Source: Bacteroidota bacterium (GTDB lineage Bacteria; Bacteroidota; Bacteroidia; CAILMK01; JAAYUY01). From it: DNA of 32,000 bases. Positions within the stretch are counted from its first letter, which is position 1, and the number at the start of each line of letters is the position of its first letter. The notes below the pieces were generated by a model that worked only from the letters and a program-made list of their open reading frames with translations, did no database searches and was not told where the DNA came from. This document shows, piece after piece, positions 1-8,748 of this stretch. The stretch is taken from positions 1-32,000 of the forward strand of contig JADHTG010000031.1 in NCBI GenBank assembly GCA_016776505.1. Reading direction: 5' to 3'. A program made the translations under genes and the position numbers.

Positions 1-55
1 AAGGCATTTAGAATCAGATATTTATACACCTATTCTCAATAATTGTTAATAATAC

Positions 56-63
56 TAGATTTG
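56..63 (+). promoter_or_regulatory. candidate Bacteroidota -7 promoter box (TAGATTTG)
   Basis: Exact match to the TAnnTTTG -7 consensus of Bacteroides-type promoters. It lies about 250 nt upstream of the dksA-like ATG with no credible ORF between. No -33 TTTG at the expected spacing. Confidence 0.3.
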
Positions 64-315
64 CGGTTTAACACAAAACAAGTTCAAATCTTATCATCTT
101 TTGACTGCAAATAATAAATCCCTATTATGACACAGTCTGATAGCTTTAGCGAAGCGCAGTAGGGCTGGGGCAAATGGAGTAATTTAAGTACTGGCTTCAG
201 TTTGATTCCAGCTAAGCAGACGGACGCCTTTGGCTGAAGTGAAGAAATTATTTTTCGATTGTTACCTTTGAGCTTCACTAAAATGAACGATAGAACCAGC
301 TTATCTGAATAAATT

Positions 316-648
316 ATGGATTTACAACAAACGAAAGAGGTCAAAAAACTTATTGAAAATGAAATAAGCAAAACCATACTGAAGATTGAAGAGTATAAGG
401 AACTAACTCAACCCATTTCTCCTGAGAATGCCATTGGGAGAATTTCAAGAATGGATGCCATCAATAATAAAAGTGTGGCAGAAGCCGCATTGAGAGAGGC
501 TCAAACTAAACTTCAGAGCCTACAATATATGTTGACAAAAACCGGCAATAAAGATTTTGGTCAATGTGCTAAATGCAATGGTCAAATTCCAATTGGCAGA
601 ATGATGATCATGCCTCAAAGCAGGTTTTGTGTAAATTGTGCTCAGTAA
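316..648 (+). CDS. TraR/DksA family C4-type zinc-finger protein
   Basis: 110 aa. The C-terminal CAKCNGQIPIGRMMIMPQSRFCVNC is a CxxC-x17-CxxC zinc finger preceded by a coiled-coil-like region, as in DksA/TraR proteins. An in-frame stop lies just upstream of the ATG. Confidence 0.8.
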   Translation: MDLQQTKEVKKLIENEISKTILKIEEYKELTQPISPENAIGRISRMDAINNKSVAEAALREAQTKLQSLQYMLTKTGNKDFGQCAKCNGQIPIGRMMIMPQSRFCVNCAQ

Positions 649-1204
649 TTCAATCAAATCTGTGAGAAGACTATTGATAATCCAATTTTGGGTCTGCCTG
701 ACATGTATTTCATTCGCTCAGACTGAATTGAAACCAAAAAGTCATTTTTTGGGGATTCAACCTATGATCACTGTGGAACCCTATGATGATCATTACAGTA
801 CAGTTGAAATAAATATTCTTCCTGTTGTGTATGAAGGAATTTTAACCAAAAGAATGGGCCTAAAAGTGTATCCTCTATTTAACTACCAGATTAATCCTGA
901 AATTAATAATTCCATTTCTCACACAGGAGCTGGTTTAAGTTTGCCGGTATATTTTAAAGAAAGAGAAGAGATACTTCCATACAGTGGTCTGTTTATGGGT
1001 CCGCATTTAGGTTATACTTATAACCAAACTGATATGAATAATTCATTAACTTACTCGGCTGACTTTGGCTGGAACTTCCTGTTGAAGGAAAAATTTGCCT
1101 TCATCATCGACATGCAATACGGACGAACCATTATTTATAACAAAACGGCAGGCATCAATGTGCCTCATCTTGGTGTTTTTGCCCAATTCGGAATTTGGCT
1201 TTAG
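638..1204 (+). CDS. hypothetical secreted protein, probable outer-membrane beta-barrel
   Basis: Signal-peptide-like N-terminus (RRLLIIQFWVCLTCISFAQ), alternating amphipathic beta-like segments and an aromatic C-terminus (FGIWL). There is no ATG, so the start is GTG at 638 (overlapping the dksA-like stop) or GTG at 662. Confidence 0.5.
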   Translation: MLSNSIKSVRRLLIIQFWVCLTCISFAQTELKPKSHFLGIQPMITVEPYDDHYSTVEINILPVVYEGILTKRMGLKVYPLFNYQINPEINNSISHTGAGLSLPVYFKEREEILPYSGLFMGPHLGYTYNQTDMNNSLTYSADFGWNFLLKEKFAFIIDMQYGRTIIYNKTAGINVPHLGVFAQFGIWL

Positions 1205-1215
1205 CTATTACGCTT

Positions 1216-1800
1216 ATGAATATCAAATTATCAATGACCATTTTACTTTTATTAATCATTTGTAAAAGTTATGGGCAGCAAGATAGCAAAACGCAAAAGT
1301 TAATAAACTATAAACACCTGGGTGGATTTTCAGAAATTGGAATTCCCCTGTATGATTTACCTGAAGGGAACCGCTATGTGCCTTTGCTTTTCGGCCTTTC
1401 TTACAATTTACCATTATGGCAAACTAAAAAGAAATTCAATATTTCAACTGAAATAAAACCCCAGTTTGGATATCTACTGAGTACTCAAAAGAACATTGAA
1501 CTGGGTATCAATGTCATGTTCAATTTTAATTTTCTGGTCAGCAGAAATTCATATCTCAGCTATAAAATGAGTTCAGGTCCTCATTACATTAACATAGAAA
1601 CCGACAAGCAGGCAAAAGGATTTATTTTTTCCGATAATTTTCAATTGGGTTATTATCACCACCTCAAACTGTCTGAAAAGCATTATAGCCTGGGTGTGGT
1701 TGGTGGATTCCGGCATATTTCAAATGCCAGCATCAAACAACCTAACAATGGAATCGATAATTGGATGATAGGGATTAGTTTGGCTAAGCTGTTTAATTGA
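1216..1800 (+). CDS. acyloxyacyl hydrolase / PagL-like lipid A deacylase family protein
   Basis: Signal peptide MNIKLSMTILLLLIICKSYGQ and a C-terminal GFRHISNASI motif (the H-x-S-N catalytic signature of the PagL/acyloxyacyl hydrolase family). The ATG at 1216 is preferred over the upstream ORF-track start at 1195. Confidence 0.6.
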   Translation: MNIKLSMTILLLLIICKSYGQQDSKTQKLINYKHLGGFSEIGIPLYDLPEGNRYVPLLFGLSYNLPLWQTKKKFNISTEIKPQFGYLLSTQKNIELGINVMFNFNFLVSRNSYLSYKMSSGPHYINIETDKQAKGFIFSDNFQLGYYHHLKLSEKHYSLGVVGGFRHISNASIKQPNNGIDNWMIGISLAKLFN

Positions 1801-1842
1801 ATAATTTTCATGTCATATGAGTTCTTTATAACTTCGGTTTCT

Positions 1843-1947
1843 GTCATTGCGATCCCGAATGCTATCGGGAGAAGCAATCTCCCATATTAGATGGGATTGC
1901 TTCAGTCTTAACTCCCTGCATTGCCAGCAGTCCGGCATTTCAATGAC
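1843..1947. repeat. about 105-bp nested palindromic (REP-like) intergenic element
   Basis: Outer imperfect inverted repeat gtcattgcgatcccgaa / tccggcatttcaatgac. Inner hairpins are tcccga-atgcta-tcggga and gaagcaatc(t)ccca-tattaga-tgggattgcttc (13 bp with one bulge). Confidence 0.6.
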
Positions 1948-1991
1948 GAGTATTTACTATGAAAAAAAACTAGTTGAAAGTACAATCAATT

Positions 1992-2019
1992 CCCCCTCTC
2001 TGATTTTTTTGAGAGGGGG
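1992..2019. repeat. GC-rich perfect hairpin (9-bp stem ccccctctc/gagaggggg, 10-nt T-rich loop)
   Basis: Read directly from the sequence. It sits in the 280-bp gap between the PagL-like gene and idi. Function unknown (terminator or REP-like). Confidence 0.5.
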
Positions 2020-2078
2020 CTAGGGGGTGAGTCAATTTCACCTTAAATTACACCTTCAATAAAACACATTATACATCC

Positions 2079-2600
2079 ATGCAAGAAGAAAAAGTGGTCC
2101 TTGTAAACGAGCAAGATGAAGAACTGGGATTCATGAACAAAATGGAAGCCCACGAAAAAGGAGTCCTCCACCGCGCTTTTTCTGTATTTATTTTCAATGA
2201 TAAAGGCGAAACCCTGCTTCAAAAAAGAGCATTAAGCAAATATCATTCACCCGGTTTATGGACCAATGCCTGTTGCAGTCACCCACAAAAAGGAGAAACA
2301 TATGAGGAGGCAGCACTCAGAAGAATGCCGGAAGAAATTGGTATCACAACAGCCATCACGGATGCATTCTGGTTTATTTACAAAGCCGATGTGGGACAGG
2401 GATTAACCGAACACGAGTTAGATCATGTGTTTACCGGACACTACAATGAAAACCCAAAATTAAATCCTGGGGAAGCCAGCGACTGGAAATGGATGCAAAC
2501 AGAAGCTGTTAAAAAAGACATCCACCTGCATCCAGAAATTTACACCGAGTGGTTTAAAATCATCTTCAACAAATATGACGAATACATCCAGTTTAAATAA
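2079..2600 (+). CDS. idi: isopentenyl-diphosphate delta-isomerase, type 1 (Nudix fold)
   Basis: 173 aa with LHRAFSVFIFN, LLQKRALSKYHSPGLWTNACCSHP and EHELDHVF, the conserved type-1 IDI core including the catalytic Cys in TNxCCSHP. Confidence 0.9.
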   Translation: MQEEKVVLVNEQDEELGFMNKMEAHEKGVLHRAFSVFIFNDKGETLLQKRALSKYHSPGLWTNACCSHPQKGETYEEAALRRMPEEIGITTAITDAFWFIYKADVGQGLTEHELDHVFTGHYNENPKLNPGEASDWKWMQTEAVKKDIHLHPEIYTEWFKIIFNKYDEYIQFK

Positions 2601-2659
2601 ATACATAAATCTTTCATCTGAAAGGGTAAAATCTATTTAGTTACTCCATTTTAATCCTT

Positions 2660-2667
2660 TAAATTTG
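2660..2667 (+). promoter_or_regulatory. candidate -7 promoter box (TAAATTTG) for the ROK kinase gene
   Basis: Exact TAnnTTTG match ending 25 nt upstream of the ATG at 2693. Confidence 0.4.
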
Positions 2668-2692
2668 ATTATCATTTGATCTTTATTGTAGA

Positions 2693-3655
2693 ATGAAAAC
2701 AAGAGAAATTGCTATCGGAATTGATATGGGTGGAACAAACACTGTTTTTGGTTTTGTCAATAAACGGGGAAAATGTATTGCACAGGGAAGCATTCGAACA
2801 GAACAATATGAAGAATTAAATGATTTCTTAAAAGCGTTATGGGAAAGAATTGAGGAAGTCAGACTTGAAATCAAGCAAAATATTCATATTAAAGGTATTG
2901 GAATTGGTGCACCCAATGGAAATTTTTACAATGGCACCATAGAGTTTGCACCCAACTTAAACTGGAAGGGAATTATTCCATTTGCAAAAGAATTCAAAAA
3001 GCTCAGCAAACTTCCGGTGGTATTAACTAATGATGCCAATGCAGCCGCTTTGGGAGAAATGATGTATGGTGGTGCTAAACGGATGAAGGATTTTATTCTG
3101 ATCACCTTAGGTACAGGCCTGGGAAGTGGTATCGTTGTCAATGGCAATGTGCTGTATGGTCACGATGGTTTTGCAGGTGAAATCGGCCATGTAATTGTTG
3201 TCCCAAATGGAAGAAAATGTGGGTGTGGACGAAAAGGCTGCCTGGAAACCTACGCCTCCGCAACTGGAATCAAGCGGACAGCTTTAAATTTACTATCCGA
3301 AAGCGATGAAGAATCTATGCTCAGCGGACATACTATCAGAAGCCTTTCCGCTAAAATGATTGATGCAGCTGCCATTAAAGGAGATAAAGTGGCCATGGAT
3401 TCTTTTGAATATACTGGCAAGATATTAGGAGAAGCCCTGGCAAATTCTATTGCTTATACCAGTCCAAAAGCTATTTTTCTTTTTGGTGGATTAGCCCAGG
3501 CAGGAAAACTAATTTTTAAGCCAACCAAAAAATACATGGAACGATCTCTTTTGCATGTTTATAAGAAAAAAGTCAAACTCCTGCCATCTTCTCTTGAAGG
3601 AGCACATGCTGCTGTATTGGGTGCCAGTGCTTTGGTGTGGAAAGAGATTTCATAA
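2693..3655 (+). CDS. ROK family glucokinase / sugar kinase
   Basis: 320 aa with an N-terminal ATP-binding GIDMGGTN, the ROK zinc motif CGCGRKGCLETYAS and GEIGH. Confidence 0.85.
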   Translation: MKTREIAIGIDMGGTNTVFGFVNKRGKCIAQGSIRTEQYEELNDFLKALWERIEEVRLEIKQNIHIKGIGIGAPNGNFYNGTIEFAPNLNWKGIIPFAKEFKKLSKLPVVLTNDANAAALGEMMYGGAKRMKDFILITLGTGLGSGIVVNGNVLYGHDGFAGEIGHVIVVPNGRKCGCGRKGCLETYASATGIKRTALNLLSESDEESMLSGHTIRSLSAKMIDAAAIKGDKVAMDSFEYTGKILGEALANSIAYTSPKAIFLFGGLAQAGKLIFKPTKKYMERSLLHVYKKKVKLLPSSLEGAHAAVLGASALVWKEIS

Positions 3656-3748
3656 TTGATGAGCTGGCAATTGGGATACCTGAAATCCAGAAGTTTCTAT
3701 TGCATCCCATAATAAATACATGTAAATTCGTATTAAACAAATCGGCGA

Positions 3749-5659
3749 ATGAAAAAACGGATAATTACTCTTTTCATGTTTGTCATCCTGGGATGTCAAA
3801 TCTGTCATTCCCAAATATTAAATCCCCAGGTAGATTCTATCCCCATGCGGGATGGAAAAGTACTGGCAGCAGACATTTATTTACCGGATACCGGGCAAAC
3901 CTATCCTGTTATTCTGATACAGACACCTTATAACCGTTTATATTACAGGCTGGGACTTCCTCTTCAAATCGGATGGGATATAATAAACAGTCCTTATGCT
4001 ATTGTAATTGTGGACTGGCGTTGTTTTTATGGCTCAGTTGCTGCCTGTAAAATATTACCGGAAAGAGGCAAGGACGGATACGATGTGATCGACTGGATTT
4101 CCAAACAAGCCTGGTGCAATGGCAAAGTGGGAACCTGGGGTCCATCCGCATTAGGGAAAATACAATACCTGACCGCCAAAGAACAGCACCCAAATCATAT
4201 ATGTGCCGTTCCTGTAGTCGCGGGATCACAGTTTGAATACCAGGAGTATTTCCCGAATGGTGTTTTACGCACTGAATATGTGGATCAACTGGATGCTTTG
4301 GGTTACCACATGAAAAATACGCTTCTGCAGCATCCTTATTACGATGCCTGGTGGCAGTATGTGGAAGCAGCAAATATGTATCCTGAGAAAATTAAAATCC
4401 CCATGCTTTTGATTGGTGGCTGGTTCGATCACAATATCAACCTGATGTTTGATCTGTTTGATACATTAGTGAAAGCCTCTGATCCTGGGGTTCGTGACCT
4501 GCATAAATTCCTGGTAGGCCCCTGGTCACATAATTCTGTGGGCAAAAAAGAAGTTGGTGAACTCGAATTCACCGAAGCTGAAGGAGCCAGTGACAGCTTC
4601 GCCATGATGTTTTTTGATTATTGGTTGAGAGGTGCTAAGAATGGCTGGCCGATAAATGAGAAGTTTAGTTTTTATGGCATTTCAGGAAATAAATCATTTT
4701 TGCAAACTGATAACATTAAAGAATTTAAAAATGATAATCACCACGATACTGTAAGTCTTTATTTAAGTGTCAACAATCACCTTGCAAGTCATCCATCCGG
4801 GAATGATTCTATTTTAATAACATATGATCCTAAAAATCCATCTCCTACAATGGGTGGTGCAACACTAAGAGCGGACTTAAAGCAAGGTCCCTGGAATATA
4901 TCTGATCATGTTCTAAGTAGGAATGACTTTGCCACATTCACTGATGGCTCAGGATTTCCCAAATTGCTGGAAATTTTGGGGAAACCCAAAGTGGATTTAT
5001 TTGTGTCTTCAGATCGATTAGATACCGATTTTTCGGTTAGATTATGTTTATCAAATGGATATCAATCTAATTATAAACGCTATATAATCGCAGATGGAAT
5101 CTATCGAATGCGGTTCAGAGATGGGTTCACTGTATCTGATACACAATCAATGGAGATTGGTAAAATTTACAAGATAACACTCGAATTACCCTTTAGTTTT
5201 TACTCTAACCATTATGAGGATGCCGACTACCTGAGCTTAGTGGTTACCTCATCAAATTATCCCAGATATGATGCGAACCTGAACAATGGAAAAGAATTAT
5301 ATGCCTCAGGTGATACTTTAGTCGCACATAACTATCTCTATTTTGGAGAAAAATATCCATCTCGATTATACTTTGATGGATACCATTTTTTAGGAGGAAT
5401 TGAAGAATCAAACTCAAAGTCACTAATTAAAACCTATCCCATCCCAACCCAAAACACCCTTTATATTGATCCTCAAAAGTTGCAACCTCCTTTCCACTTT
5501 TCCATTCAGAATTTACAAGGCAAAGAAATAGTGAAAGGAGAAATCAAAAATACAGGAGTTTTTAATTTGGATGTATCTGGTTTGGAAGCACAGGTGTATT
5601 TATTGAGAGTTAGTAATTCGAATCAAAGCAGTGTTGCAAAAATTATCAAAGTGGATTAG
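3749..5659 (+). CDS. CocE/NonD family hydrolase (S15 X-Pro dipeptidyl-peptidase-like) with T9SS C-terminal sorting domain
   Basis: 636 aa. Signal peptide MKKRIITLFMFVILGCQICHSQ and an alpha/beta-hydrolase N-terminal half typical of CocE/NonD (PMRDGKVLAADIYLP, VIVDWRCFYGS). The last ~80 aa (TYPIPTQNTLYID...VYLLRVSN...KIIKVD) fit the Por/T9SS secretion tail pattern. Confidence 0.85.
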   Translation: MKKRIITLFMFVILGCQICHSQILNPQVDSIPMRDGKVLAADIYLPDTGQTYPVILIQTPYNRLYYRLGLPLQIGWDIINSPYAIVIVDWRCFYGSVAACKILPERGKDGYDVIDWISKQAWCNGKVGTWGPSALGKIQYLTAKEQHPNHICAVPVVAGSQFEYQEYFPNGVLRTEYVDQLDALGYHMKNTLLQHPYYDAWWQYVEAANMYPEKIKIPMLLIGGWFDHNINLMFDLFDTLVKASDPGVRDLHKFLVGPWSHNSVGKKEVGELEFTEAEGASDSFAMMFFDYWLRGAKNGWPINEKFSFYGISGNKSFLQTDNIKEFKNDNHHDTVSLYLSVNNHLASHPSGNDSILITYDPKNPSPTMGGATLRADLKQGPWNISDHVLSRNDFATFTDGSGFPKLLEILGKPKVDLFVSSDRLDTDFSVRLCLSNGYQSNYKRYIIADGIYRMRFRDGFTVSDTQSMEIGKIYKITLELPFSFYSNHYEDADYLSLVVTSSNYPRYDANLNNGKELYASGDTLVAHNYLYFGEKYPSRLYFDGYHFLGGIEESNSKSLIKTYPIPTQNTLYIDPQKLQPPFHFSIQNLQGKEIVKGEIKNTGVFNLDVSGLEAQVYLLRVSNSNQSSVAKIIKVD

Positions 5660-5810
5660 TTTTGGCATGTTTGGCTCAATTATTTGAGCAATTCACTTCT
5701 AAGTATTCCTTTTTTTATGTAATGCATACTTTCCAGTTTGCAGGAGCATGATGAAAAGTGACAAGCTGGAAAGCTTGTCTTACAGTGTATTGAAAACTTC
5801 TGTTTTTTAC

Positions 5811-5908
5811 ATGTAGGACCGAATTGCATTCGGTCATTTTTTTTAACCATTCCTGTTTAGTCCGATTACCAGCCTGGCTTCTTGCAAGGAAATCGGACCT
5901 AGGTGCAT
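5811..5908 (+). repeat. hairpin/MITE-like intergenic element, copy A
   Basis: Begins atgtaggaccgaattgcattcggtc and ends aaatcggacctaggtgcat. It has the same architecture as copy B (7032-7116), and its first 26 nt differ from copy C (9161-9186) at 1 position. Confidence 0.65.
5817..5844 (+). terminator. Rho-independent terminator-like hairpin inside repeat copy A
   Basis: Perfect 8-bp stem gaccgaat/attcggtc, 3-nt loop, then a + T8. It lies about 160 nt downstream of the S15 peptidase gene on the same strand. Confidence 0.5.
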
Positions 5909-6000
5909 AAACTGATGACAATGAAAACATAATTGATAGTTTATAAACGCATTACAAATGCGCGCGAACACAATCTCCATTTCCTCCCTATTTTTGCCCC

Positions 6001-7032
6001 ATGATTAAAATCCTTTTCCTATCCGACACCCACCTGGGATTTGATTATCCCATCAGAACCACCAAACGCACACGCAGGGGACAGGACTTTTTTGACAATT
6101 TCGAATACATACTGAATTATGCTGTCGGAAATGCAGTAGACTTAATTTTGCATGGCGGTGATTTCTTTTTCCGGACCCGTCTCCCGGAACTGATTGTCAA
6201 TAAATCCTATAAAATCCTCTATGAATTTGCCAAACACAATATTCCATTCGTCATTGTTCCCGGTAATCACGAAAGTTCCCGCTTGCCAAGGTCTCCGCTT
6301 ATTTTTCAACCCTATATTCATATTTTCAAAGAACCTCACACATTCACTTTTGACATAAAGGGAAAGAAAATCAATATATCCGGTTTTCCTTATGAGAGTA
6401 AGAATGTGAGGGATCAGTTCCCTGAAATTATAAAACAAATCCAGGATAAAGAAAAGCAAGCCGATATTAATCTGCTTATGACACATCATGCAGTAGAGGG
6501 TTGCACCTGCGGACCCGGAAATTATACTTTTCGAAAAAATGAAGATGTCGTCCAGATGAAAGACATTCCCATGTATTATGATGCCATTTTATGCGGACAT
6601 ATTCACCGTCAGCAAATCCTCTGGAAACGGCATCAGGATAAAAAATCTCCTATCATCTATGTAGGATCCGTTGAAAGAACCTCCTTTGCGGAAAAAGAAG
6701 AAACAAAAGGCTTCTATGTTCTTGAATTTGACAAAGACCACCAAAACAGGCAATTCATTCCCCTGAAAACCCGCGCTATGGTTGACATCACAATTAACAG
6801 GTCTTTTCCTTCCATTCAGGAATTAAAAACCTACCTGATTAAACGAAGTAGAGGATTTGATACAAATTCAATAGTTCGACTGAAATGTCCCGATGAGCAA
6901 AACCGGAATTTGATCAATCAAAGCTTATTAAAGGATGTATTCCATTCAGATATGATCATCCAGCTTTCAGGCTGGCAACAGGAATTCAAAGCCAGGACAA
7001 AGAAAGAAAGAATCCCCGGCTTGTTTGATTAA
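6001..7032 (+). CDS. metallophosphoesterase, SbcD/Mre11-like nuclease family (no SbcC partner in the window)
   Basis: 343 aa with the ordered calcineurin-like phosphoesterase motifs LSDTHLG, HGGDFF, PGNHE, THHAVEG and CGHIH. Confidence 0.8.
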   Translation: MIKILFLSDTHLGFDYPIRTTKRTRRGQDFFDNFEYILNYAVGNAVDLILHGGDFFFRTRLPELIVNKSYKILYEFAKHNIPFVIVPGNHESSRLPRSPLIFQPYIHIFKEPHTFTFDIKGKKINISGFPYESKNVRDQFPEIIKQIQDKEKQADINLLMTHHAVEGCTCGPGNYTFRKNEDVVQMKDIPMYYDAILCGHIHRQQILWKRHQDKKSPIIYVGSVERTSFAEKEETKGFYVLEFDKDHQNRQFIPLKTRAMVDITINRSFPSIQELKTYLIKRSRGFDTNSIVRLKCPDEQNRNLINQSLLKDVFHSDMIIQLSGWQQEFKARTKKERIPGLFD

Positions 7033-7116
7033 TGTAGGGCCGAATTCCGTTCGGCTCAAAAAACAGGACTAGTTCGATTACCCGCCAGACTTCGGGCAGG
7101 CAAATCGGACCTACAT
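7032..7116 (+). repeat. hairpin/MITE-like intergenic element, copy B
   Basis: atgtagggccgaattccgttcggctc ... aaatcggacctacat. The termini are inverted repeats (13/15 by eye). It starts on the last base of the phosphoesterase stop codon. Confidence 0.65.
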
Positions 7117-7163
7117 CAATTAACAATTCAACTGCTACTTGAACTTTTGAAATTTATTATTTC

Positions 7164-7275
7164 AGTTTTGGAATTTATTTGAAATTTGGTTCTTGTCCGA
7201 AGGACTCCTACCGAGGATCTTGGAATTTTTTGGATCAAACCATCCTTAGTTCCCAGGCTTATGCCATCGCTACAG
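7164..7275 (+). repeat. mosaic short-repeat modules downstream of hgcB
   Basis: 7164-7192 (agttttggaatttatttgaaatttggttc) matches 9304-9332 at 28/29. 7219-7231 (cttggaatttttt) matches 9277-9288. 7240-7275 matches 9197-9232 at about 29/36. All copies share one orientation but occur in a different order. Confidence 0.7.
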
Positions 7276-7299
7276 ACTAAGAATTGATCTGATGTAGTA

Positions 7300-7596
7300 T
7301 TAACAACAAGCTCCCGAATCCGGTCCGCCACAACAGGCTTCTGTATTGTTCAGCATACCACTTAAAATACCCGCAGCGCAACCCACACCCGACCTGACTT
7401 CTATGGCATCCTCGGGACAATTCAGGGCACAGGCACCACATTCCATGCAGTAATCCTTTCTGATAATTTTAGCCCTTCCTTTGCTGACTTCAAACACTTC
7501 ATGCGGACACACCTTCACACACATACGGCAACCATTGCATTTGTCTGCATCCAACTGAAGCGTGACAACATTTTTTAGATAAATCATTTCTCTCAT
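7300..7596 (-). CDS. hgcB: mercury methylation ferredoxin HgcB (2x[4Fe-4S])
   Basis: 98 aa with two CX2CX2CX3CP motifs (CNGCRMCVKVCP, CMECGACALNCP), an extra conserved Cys in GVGCAAG and a C-terminal vicinal-Cys tail (ACCGGPDSGACC). It starts 6 nt after the hgcA stop. Confidence 0.85.
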   Translation of the reverse strand: MREMIYLKNVVTLQLDADKCNGCRMCVKVCPHEVFEVSKGRAKIIRKDYCMECGACALNCPEDAIEVRSGVGCAAGILSGMLNNTEACCGGPDSGACC

Positions 7597-7602
7597 AACC
7601 TT

Positions 7603-8730
7603 CTAATTTATGAATTTCACTACAACAAAAAGAACCAGTCCAACACTGGTCAGAGAAATCTGAAAGGGGATCGCAATTTTCATTTCTATTTTTACTCCTG
7701 ACAAAGAGGTAAAGGTGGACGAACCTGTAAAATTCATAGCTGTGAAAGATGAAATTCCTGAAATAATTAATGACCAGGAAATCATTTCCAAATAGGTGTT
7801 CCCCAATTTATTGAAAAGAAGCAGCAAAGCAGAAGTGATGATGCCCATTAAAAATCCTTTTAAGGAAAAACTCCTGCCAGGGATGAAAGGAAGAAATATA
7901 GGTGTTAAAACAAGTCCTGAAACATATCCTGAGCCGATTATTAATATGGATAACAATCCTTTATCTATTGCATCGTGTAATGAAAACTCACCTTTATTAA
8001 TAGCCGAAAGGATAAAAAAGACAGCCATCACTGCAAGCAATTTGTATGAACCCATCACTAAATCCACAGGAATTAATTTGAGGCGGTCAACCAGATTGAA
8101 GCTTACTTTTCGCATTTCTTTCGTTGAGTGATGCTTCTTCCTGACAAATTCTTTGATATCTGATGCCTTAACCGGACCGTAAATCACTTTAAAACCAGGT
8201 TCAGGGTTCAAAGAAACAGGATCTGGAACAAAAGCAGCTGTGTTAGACAATGAAGGATTTGATAATATGGATTGTGCTGCTGCATTTGCAGTCAACTGTT
8301 CTACTTTGTGTGCAGAGATCCCGGTTGCTCCTAATTGAGGAACAATGATCTTCCTGTGATTAATAATCTCGCTTAGCCTGCTTAAACGAATCCTGTTGAC
8401 CAGTTCCGTGGTGCTGAATGTTCCTTTTCCTGCTGCACACCAGACGTTGATCCCCCTGGTATCTAAAACGAGTATCCAGGCATTCAATTCATCGAGATTT
8501 TTTCGAAGATGATCAAAAGATAGTTTATAATTCGCTGTAACAAATACATCTGAAGCTCCATCCGGATTCCCAACCGCATAAAGGCCGGGATTCACTTTGT
8601 AACTATTCCTGTAAAAAGCCAAACGAACCATCAAGGCACCGAACCGGTCTTTGAAATTCAATTTTGAATCTGCAACTGGAACTTCTCCGATAGAAGTTGG
8701 CAAATAAGCTGTGATATAAAATAACTTCAT
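7603..8730 (-). CDS. hgcA: mercury methylation corrinoid protein HgcA
   Basis: 375 aa. The N-terminal corrinoid-binding domain carries the diagnostic cap-helix motif GINVWCAAGKGTF (N95-K102, nt 8425-8448) preceded by PGLYAVGNP and TANYKLSFD. The C-terminal half has about 5 predicted TM helices, the standard HgcA architecture. Confidence 0.9.
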   Translation of the reverse strand: MKLFYITAYLPTSIGEVPVADSKLNFKDRFGALMVRLAFYRNSYKVNPGLYAVGNPDGASDVFVTANYKLSFDHLRKNLDELNAWILVLDTRGINVWCAAGKGTFSTTELVNRIRLSRLSEIINHRKIIVPQLGATGISAHKVEQLTANAAAQSILSNPSLSNTAAFVPDPVSLNPEPGFKVIYGPVKASDIKEFVRKKHHSTKEMRKVSFNLVDRLKLIPVDLVMGSYKLLAVMAVFFILSAINKGEFSLHDAIDKGLLSILIIGSGYVSGLVLTPIFLPFIPGRSFSLKGFLMGIITSALLLLFNKLGNTYLEMISWSLIISGISSFTAMNFTGSSTFTSLSGVKIEMKIAIPFQISLTSVGLVLFVVVKFIN

Positions 8731-8748
8731 CTGATGAAAATTTAAGAT

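Noticed and set aside
3999-4373. Antisense ORFs inside long genes. Examples: 3999-4373, 6142-6489, 7796-8131, 8843-9166, 9452-9742, 12812-13087, 14278-14793, 14986-15363, 24781-25086, 31008-31316.
   Set aside because: Each lies fully inside a motif-supported CDS on the opposite strand and has low-complexity or Cys/Ser/Phe-biased composition. They are treated as shadow ORFs.
5715-5930. ORFs 5715-5930 (-), 7128-7331 (-) and 1683-1877 (-) in intergenic regions.
   Set aside because: They read straight through the repeat and hairpin elements, and 7128-7331 overlaps the hgcB 3' end. They are artefacts of translating structured repeats.
5989-5996. TATTTTTG box immediately upstream of the phosphoesterase ATG (6001).
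   Set aside because: It ends only 4 nt before the start codon, which would require a leaderless transcript or a TSS inside the gene. That is too uncertain to list as a promoter.
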